A stretch of 64,000 bases of DNA, from positions 4,928,001 to 4,992,000 of the forward strand of contig OZ244170.1 of the NCBI GenBank assembly GCA_965216565.1. The letters run 5' to 3'. The notes below the pieces were generated by a model. That model saw only the letters and a list, made by a program, of their open reading frames with translations, had not been told where the DNA came from and did not search any database. Origin of the DNA: Bythopirellula sp. (GTDB taxonomy: Bacteria > Planctomycetota > Planctomycetia > Pirellulales > Lacipirellulaceae). Shown here piece by piece: positions 56,932 to 64,000 of this stretch; positions within the stretch are counted from its first letter, which is position 1; each line of letters begins with the position of its first letter. A program made the translations under genes and the position numbers.

Positions 56932-58425
56932 ATGACAGACGTGGCAGAACAAGATCCAAAAGCCGACGGTCCTTCTGACCAGGAAGACCAACAGCTCGAC
57001 CTACAAGTCGAAGTGACTAGCCCTAGTCCTTGTGAACGGCACGTTACGGTGACCGTCTCGCGGACTGATATCGATCGCTACTTGGACGACGCCTATAGCG
57101 AGTTGATGACGTCGGCCAGTGTGCCGGGGTTTCGCGTGGGACGTGCTCCCCGCAAATTGGTGGAAAATCGTTACAAGAGCGAAATTGGCGAGCAAATCAA
57201 GGGTTCGCTACTGATGGATAGCCTTTCGCAGGTTAGCGAAGAGCAAGAATTCACCGCCATCAGCGAGCCAGACCTCAATCTCGATGCGGTCGAGGTTCCC
57301 GACGAAGGGCCGATGACTTTTGAGTTCAACATCGAAGTACGTCCCGAATTCGAAATGCCCAAGTGGCGAGGCCTGAAAATTACCCGCCCCGTCCGTGAAT
57401 TCACCGAGCAGGATGTCGACGAGCAACTAGAAAAAATGCTCACTCGCTTCGGTCAGCTGACACCCCACGATGGTCCCGCAACCGAGGGCGATTACCTCAC
57501 AGCCAATATCACGTCCCGCCACAACGGCGAGCTTGTGGCAGAGGACGAAGAGCGTGTTCTGCGAATCCGCCCCGATTTGAGCTTCCGCGATGGCCAGCTC
57601 GAAGGTTTTGGCAAATTGGCCGAAGGCGCCAAGGCTGGTAGCAAGATTACTGGCAAAGTGAAGCTCACGCAGGATGCTCCCAACGAAGAGCTTCGCGGCG
57701 AAGAAGTCGAGGTTGAATTCGAAGTGTTGGACGTCAAACGGCTCAAGCTTCCTGAGTTGAACGAAGAGTTCCTCCAAGAAATGGGCGACTTCCAAACCGA
57801 AGAGCAGCTTCGCGAAGCTATCGAGCAAGATCTCAAGCGGCAATTGGAATACGAGCAACGACAGAAGATCCGCAACCAAATCACCGCGACCCTCACCGAG
57901 AGTGCCGACTGGGAACTACCCCCCGGCTTGCTCAAGCGGCAAAGTGTCCGTGAGCTGGAGCGTTCGGTAATGGAACTTCGCCGAGCAGGGTTCGGCGAAG
58001 CCGAGATTCGTGCCCGCGAGAATCAACTCCGCCAGAACAGTGCGGCTTCCACAGGCAAGAGCCTCAAAGAGCATTTCATTCTGGAGCGCATTGCCGAGGA
58101 GGAAGAGATTTCCGCCGAGGAAGGCGATTTCGAGAAGGAAATCTACCTGATTGCCATGCAAAGTGGCGAGTCGCCCCGTCGCGTCCGTGCCCAGATCGAA
58201 AAGCGTGGTTTGATGGACGTCTTGCAAAACCAAATTGTCGAACGCAAAGTCTTGGAAGCGGTCGAGGCCGAGGCCAAGTTTAAGGACGAGCCTTACGAGC
58301 CCGAACAGCTTGCTGTGGAAGCCGTTCACCTGGCTGTCGGTGGCGAGGGAGCCGAGTCGATTCCAGCCGCCGAAGAGGCTGCTGAAGAGCAGGGTAAAGC
58401 CCCCGAAAGCGAGACGAACGAGTAA
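56932..58425 (+). CDS. tig: trigger factor
   Basis: Ribosome-binding motif VPGFRVGRAP, FEFNIEVRPE, LPELNEEF; upstream of clpP. Confidence 0.93.
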   Translation: MTDVAEQDPKADGPSDQEDQQLDLQVEVTSPSPCERHVTVTVSRTDIDRYLDDAYSELMTSASVPGFRVGRAPRKLVENRYKSEIGEQIKGSLLMDSLSQVSEEQEFTAISEPDLNLDAVEVPDEGPMTFEFNIEVRPEFEMPKWRGLKITRPVREFTEQDVDEQLEKMLTRFGQLTPHDGPATEGDYLTANITSRHNGELVAEDEERVLRIRPDLSFRDGQLEGFGKLAEGAKAGSKITGKVKLTQDAPNEELRGEEVEVEFEVLDVKRLKLPELNEEFLQEMGDFQTEEQLREAIEQDLKRQLEYEQRQKIRNQITATLTESADWELPPGLLKRQSVRELERSVMELRRAGFGEAEIRARENQLRQNSAASTGKSLKEHFILERIAEEEEISAEEGDFEKEIYLIAMQSGESPRRVRAQIEKRGLMDVLQNQIVERKVLEAVEAEAKFKDEPYEPEQLAVEAVHLAVGGEGAESIPAAEEAAEEQGKAPESETNE

Positions 58426-58555
58426 CTCGCCCAGTCGCGTATTCAGTGAGGCACCTCTGCAGAGGGCTGGCCTTTCTTTATCTGCGCTTCTTGTATAGAA
58501 AATGGAATATCTTCCGCCACTAACGGCGGAATTCTCGGTGGAAGGGATTTGAGCT

Positions 58556-59203
58556 ATGAATAAGCATGCACGGGATGAGTTCTCTCAACTAATGAATCCG
58601 CAGCTTGCCACGGCAATGCGAGATTACCAGCGTCAGCGGCAAATGACCCTCGGGGACTTGCTGCTGGAGAATCGCGTAATCTTTCTGCAGGGCGAGATCT
58701 ACGACGGCAATGCCAATGAATTGGTCATGAAGCTGTTGTATTTGCAGAGCGAGAACCGCCGCAAAGACATCCATTTCTACATCAATTCGCCCGGTGGCAG
58801 CGTCACTTCGACCCTGGCCATCTACGACACGATGCAAATGATTTCCCCACCCGTGGCCACCTACTGCGTAGGCTTGGCTGCCAGCGGGGGTGCCGTCTTG
58901 CTGGCGGGTGGCGAACCGAAGAAACGGTTTGCTCTGAAACACTCGAAGGTGATGATTCACCAACCGCACGGCGGTGTCGGCGGCCAGGTGTCGGATATCG
59001 AAATTCAGGCCAACGAAATCGTCCGCACACGCCAAACGCTCAACGAAATCCTCGCCAGCCACACCGGCAAGACTGTCGACGAAATTGGCAAGGCGTGCGA
59101 CCGCGATCACTACATGACCGCTCCCGAAGCGATGGAGTATGGCATCGTCGACGATATTCTGCTGAAACCGCCAGGAGCACCCGGCGAAGAAGACGACGAT
59201 TAA
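58556..59203 (+). CDS. clpP: ATP-dependent Clp protease proteolytic subunit (paralog 1)
   Basis: [27 protein letters not shown]. Confidence 0.95.
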   Translation: MNKHARDEFSQLMNPQLATAMRDYQRQRQMTLGDLLLENRVIFLQGEIYDGNANELVMKLLYLQSENRRKDIHFYINSPGGSVTSTLAIYDTMQMISPPVATYCVGLAASGGAVLLAGGEPKKRFALKHSKVMIHQPHGGVGGQVSDIEIQANEIVRTRQTLNEILASHTGKTVDEIGKACDRDHYMTAPEAMEYGIVDDILLKPPGAPGEEDDD

Positions 59204-59231
59204 TCGCTATCTGTCTCCGACGCTTGAATTA

Positions 59232-59280
59232 TTCACAATTCCAAATTTGCAATTTGCAATTCACATTTTGAAATTTCCAA
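59232..59280. repeat. heptamer tandem repeat x7 (TTTGCAA-like)
   Basis: ttcacaa ttccaaa tttgcaa tttgcaa ttcacat tttgaaa tttccaa. Confidence 0.75.
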
Positions 59281-59284
59281 CGGA

Positions 59285-59884
59285 ATGCCTCCCATGTCGT
59301 TGATTCCCTACGTCATTGAAAAGTCTGGCCGCGAAGAGCGGGCCATGGACATCTATAGCCGTTTGCTCAAGGATCGCATCGTCTTGATGGGCTCGGGCGT
59401 GAACGACGATGTGGCCAATAGTATCGTCGCGCAGATGTTGTTTCTGCAATCGGACGATCCCAAGGCCGACATCCACTTTTACATCAACTCGCCGGGTGGC
59501 AGCGTGACTGCCGGGATGGCCATTTACGACACCATGCAGTTTGTCACCTGCGATGTGGCCACGTATTGCCTGGGGCAAGCCGCTTCGATGGGTGCCTTGC
59601 TTCTCTGCGCAGGAGCGGCCGGCAAACGTCATGCACTGCCCAATTCTCGCATCATGATCCACCAGCCGTCGGCCGGCATGGAAGGCACCGCCGAGGACAT
59701 CATGATTCACGCCTCGGAATACAAAAAAACCAAAGACAAGCTCAACCGAATTCTCAACGAGCACACGGGTCAGACCCTCGAACAAATCGAGCAAGACACC
59801 GACCGCGACCGCTTCATGTCCGCCGAAGAGGCCCGTGAGTATCGGATTATCGACAAAGTGGTCTCGCATATGGACGCTTCTTAG
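59285..59884 (+). CDS. clpP: ATP-dependent Clp protease proteolytic subunit (paralog 2)
   Basis: [38 protein letters not shown]. Confidence 0.97.
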   Translation: MPPMSLIPYVIEKSGREERAMDIYSRLLKDRIVLMGSGVNDDVANSIVAQMLFLQSDDPKADIHFYINSPGGSVTAGMAIYDTMQFVTCDVATYCLGQAASMGALLLCAGAAGKRHALPNSRIMIHQPSAGMEGTAEDIMIHASEYKKTKDKLNRILNEHTGQTLEQIEQDTDRDRFMSAEEAREYRIIDKVVSHMDAS

Positions 59885-59912
59885 TAGTCGAGCACTGGCA
59901 GCCAGCCAACTA

Positions 59913-60000
59913 TTCGATTTCTTCAATAGCCGGACCGCCATAGTTTACCCGCCGTGGTGGGCGGTCCGACTCACTCCGGAGGCAAGTGTGCCTCCGGCTA
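59913..60000 (+). repeat. MITE/REP-like palindromic repeat, copy 2
   Basis: Inverted near-copy of 40995-41075 with a 7-nt insertion (actcact). Confidence 0.85.
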
Positions 60001-60241
60001 TGCCGCGAACTCCAGCGGTTTGCGTTGCCTGCATTCTTTGAGAATCTGAGAAGCCTGCTTACAGGGGCACGATTTCCTCCGCAAATTGACCATTGCCAGC
60101 CTGCTAGCAGGGGCGATCGCCGTTGACGTCTGTGGGCGGTTTTTCTATTTCTTCCCACCGAATTCATCGCGCCCGGCCTTTGCGCTCGGCTTATGGCGAT
60201 AGAATCCTCGTTCGATCGAACCTGCCGGATCAGTACAGCGG

Positions 60242-61819
60242 ATGAGTGCCAACTCAGTTACAAATCGAATCAGGCGGTGGCCGCGCTGGCTGTTTGTCAT
60301 CGCCGTCTTCCCCTGCCTGCTGCCCGGCTGCCGCACAGCACAGGATAACCAGATCGAACTGCTCGAGCGCGAGCTCCGTACGCAGGAAGATTACATTTAC
60401 GAACTGGAAGACTACGTCGTCCAGTACTCCGAACGGTTGCGGAACATCCGCTGTGCACAGACTGTCGAAATAGATTCGGAACCCTATCTGCAGAAATCGA
60501 TCGTCAACAAGTCACACCGTGTCGAGGACTCCAACGCTGCCGATTCAGCGCGGAGCGATTCTGAAAACAGAGGTGAACTATCTGACGAACTGCCTGAGCC
60601 CGCAGCCCCTCAGATCGAGCCAGATCCTATCGACGGCTTCGACCTGGACGACTTCGAACCGCCACCACTTCAAATTGAAGAACAGCAGGGTCGGACCACC
60701 AGAGGCACAACCGATGGCTTGGCTTTGATGGAGGAAGATCTGCCGGAAGTTTTACAGGCTTCAGAAGAGAGGTTGCAGCACGAGATCCCCCACCCAGCGG
60801 ATTTCGCTGAGCAATCTGCCGAGGCTGATCAAGATTCAGAATCAGAGGATCCAGAACCAATCCAACTTGCGACCGTCGAAGATCTGTTTGAAGACCAAGA
60901 TGTCGAGGAGATTAGCCACGAAGAGGTGGCTACTCACGAAGAGGAGATTGCCGACGAAATTGAAGTCGACGGGTCAATTCAGGAATCTTCGCAAAACAGT
61001 TTGGTCGCAGAGCAATTTGAACTACCTGTGCGAGTCGCCCTCGCTCAACTCTTCCGCAACGACGAACCTGGCCAGCCGCAGAGTCTGCTCGCGGTGGTCG
61101 AAGGTTACGATCGCACGGACGAAGCGGTGCCGTTCACCGGCGAAGTTTCGTTGATGGTGCTGGCCCCGGGCAAGAATAAACCGCGACGCGTCAAACGTTG
61201 GGACTTCACCCCCGAAGACGTTGCCGCAGCATGGCAATCGTCCCACCTGGGCGATGGTTTGCATTTGGAATTGCCTCTGGAAGAGACCGCGCTACCGACA
61301 AGTTTGCTGCAATTGTGGGTGCGTGTCGTCGACGAGCAAGGCGAGAAGCTCCTGGCTCGGGAGTCGTTCTCAAGCGAGCAGCTCGCTGGCTTGGAAGTCG
61401 AAACGGGAGCAAAGGAACTGACGCCAGAGTCACCCACGCTGATTGCTGAGAACACTGAGCCCTCGTCAGAAACCTCACCGGATGCCGATGAGAGCGAATC
61501 GTCCCAAGTCGAAAGACTGGCGGTCAAGTCTTCGCAAGGCAGCAAGCTGAACGGCTCCACCGGTTGGCGGACCTCCACGCAGCGCACCGATAGCGACGTG
61601 CAGGGGTACGATTCCACAGTCAAGAAAACCAGCGGCTGGACAGCGCAGCCCAATGGCGGACGCTACCCGCATCTGAACAAGGGCCACGTGAAAACAGCGA
61701 CCAATCAGGGCCCCATCTGGACCTCAGGCCATGTGAAGCAACCTGTGGCCAAGCCTGCCCAAAAGCAGCCCCAGCCGATCGCAAAGCAACCATCCGCTGG
61801 ATGGTCGCCCTACCGCTAG
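60242..61819 (+). CDS. putative lipoprotein (coiled coil, acidic linker, beta domain)
   Basis: Lipobox LLPGC, LERELR..ED.IY.LE coiled coil, long acidic region. Confidence 0.75.
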   Translation: MSANSVTNRIRRWPRWLFVIAVFPCLLPGCRTAQDNQIELLERELRTQEDYIYELEDYVVQYSERLRNIRCAQTVEIDSEPYLQKSIVNKSHRVEDSNAADSARSDSENRGELSDELPEPAAPQIEPDPIDGFDLDDFEPPPLQIEEQQGRTTRGTTDGLALMEEDLPEVLQASEERLQHEIPHPADFAEQSAEADQDSESEDPEPIQLATVEDLFEDQDVEEISHEEVATHEEEIADEIEVDGSIQESSQNSLVAEQFELPVRVALAQLFRNDEPGQPQSLLAVVEGYDRTDEAVPFTGEVSLMVLAPGKNKPRRVKRWDFTPEDVAAAWQSSHLGDGLHLELPLEETALPTSLLQLWVRVVDEQGEKLLARESFSSEQLAGLEVETGAKELTPESPTLIAENTEPSSETSPDADESESSQVERLAVKSSQGSKLNGSTGWRTSTQRTDSDVQGYDSTVKKTSGWTAQPNGGRYPHLNKGHVKTATNQGPIWTSGHVKQPVAKPAQKQPQPIAKQPSAGWSPYR

Positions 61820-61872
61820 CCCACGGCTCCGCCGTGGGATGTGTCGGAACGGGGCCCTACTTTGCTGGGCCG

Positions 61873-62895
<1,023 letters not shown>

Positions 62896-63069
62896 CTAAT
62901 ACTCCTTGAATATACGTGTGGCATGCCGGTGCGGGGACCGGCCGCGTGAAAGTGTCTGGCGGAACCTGTACGGGGGATCTTCGGCGTATGCCGGCGTACT
63001 GGGCGGGAACCGAACCCAGGATTATACTGCTCCTCCAGCGACCCAACAACCACCCACTGAATTCGCCGT

Positions 63070-63855
63070 ATGACGCCCGTTTCTCGCCCCGATTGGCAGC
63101 TACCTCCCGGCGTGGGACGCGGATTGTGGGACTACAGCCGCTCGCGATCGATTGCTGAGGATTACGACGATTACTTCGCGTTCAACTCCCTCTTCGATTT
63201 CGACGAGCAGGTTTTGCTGGATTACCTCCAACCACCGGGCTTGGTCGCCGATCTAGGTTGTGGAACAGGTCGGGCTCTAGAGCCGTTGATCGAAGCTGGC
63301 CATCGCGGGCTAGCGATCGATCTCTCACAGCCGATGCTGGAGGTGGTTCATGAAAAGTTCCAGGGCGAGGCAGGGCAGCCGATTCAATGCCTCCGAGCGA
63401 ATCTAGTTCAGCTCGATGCCCTGCGCGATGCCTCGGTCGATCATGCCATCTGCATGTTCAGCACTTTGGGAATGATCCGAGGCCGCGAGAATCGTCAGCA
63501 GGCGCTAAGGCACGTCCGGAGGATATTGAAACCAGGGGGCCGGTTTGTATTCCACGTGCACAACTATTGGTACAACCTCCGCGACCCCGGTGGTCCAGGC
63601 TGGGTGGCGAAGAATTTGCTCACCGCCCCATTTTCCAAATCGATCGAGGTTGGCGACAAGTGGTTTCCTTATCGGGGCCTCACGAACATGTATTTACACG
63701 TCTTCCGTTGGCGGGAGTTGGCCGTCGACTTGCGGCAAGCCAAGCTGGAGATAGTCAAACAAATTAGGCTCGATACGGCCCGACGCCACCCACTGAAATG
63801 GCCCTGGCTGTTCCCAGCGATTCGGACGAACGGTTGGATCGTTGTGTGTGAGTGA
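63070..63855 (+). CDS. class I SAM-dependent methyltransferase
   Basis: VADLGCGTGR, IDLSQPML, LKPGG. Confidence 0.9.
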   Translation: MTPVSRPDWQLPPGVGRGLWDYSRSRSIAEDYDDYFAFNSLFDFDEQVLLDYLQPPGLVADLGCGTGRALEPLIEAGHRGLAIDLSQPMLEVVHEKFQGEAGQPIQCLRANLVQLDALRDASVDHAICMFSTLGMIRGRENRQQALRHVRRILKPGGRFVFHVHNYWYNLRDPGGPGWVAKNLLTAPFSKSIEVGDKWFPYRGLTNMYLHVFRWRELAVDLRQAKLEIVKQIRLDTARRHPLKWPWLFPAIRTNGWIVVCE

Positions 63856-63941
63856 ACCCTCAGGGGAAATCTGTGACTATCTTTTCAGAAACCCCCTCGG
63901 CTCGTTGACGCCACTATATCGTCTCTCGTAAGGTGCAAGGT

Positions 63942-64000
63942 ATGCCCAGCGAACGCCCAGCGTCAGAACAACCAAGCCAGCCGCGGATCACCGTGCCCAA
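63942..64000 (+). CDS. possible 5' end of a CDS running off the window
   Basis: ATG after AAGG; frame open to the window end (MPSERPASEQ...). Confidence 0.3.
   Translation, partial: MPSERPASEQPSQPRITVP

Overview
A 64-kb stretch of mostly core chromosome from a planctomycete, probably Pirellulales. This assignment is inferred from the SHD1-domain, TIGR03009-like and Cys-rich secreted proteins, the H4MPT C1 genes and the sulfatase. Housekeeping genes: aspS, mutS, fliG, ffs (SRP RNA), dnaX-ybaB, rpoN, nrdR, ychF, ferritin, tig-clpP-clpP, gap and three tRNAs (Ala-CGC, Leu-GAG, Gly-GCC). The window also holds dispersed tetrahydromethanopterin genes (mch, orf5/mptN, CitG-like orf7, a PTPS) interleaved with olefin biosynthesis genes (oleC, oleD, oleB). 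It has two independent NfeD/flotillin loci, a thioredoxin-cytochrome c-copper monooxygenase-like fusion, and several small repeat families (a MITE-like pair, a 170-bp REPIN-like palindrome, BoxC-like REPs, heptamer tandem repeats). No CRISPR, prophage, integrase or transposase is recognisable. The most notable signals are a frame-preserving (TTTCCGC)3 repeat inside mutS (possible reversible mutator switch), an A9 slippery run in dnaX with stops just downstream in both shifted frames, and the flotillin-olefin and olefin-methanopterin gene linkage. All functional calls come from motif recognition by eye; no database searches were run.
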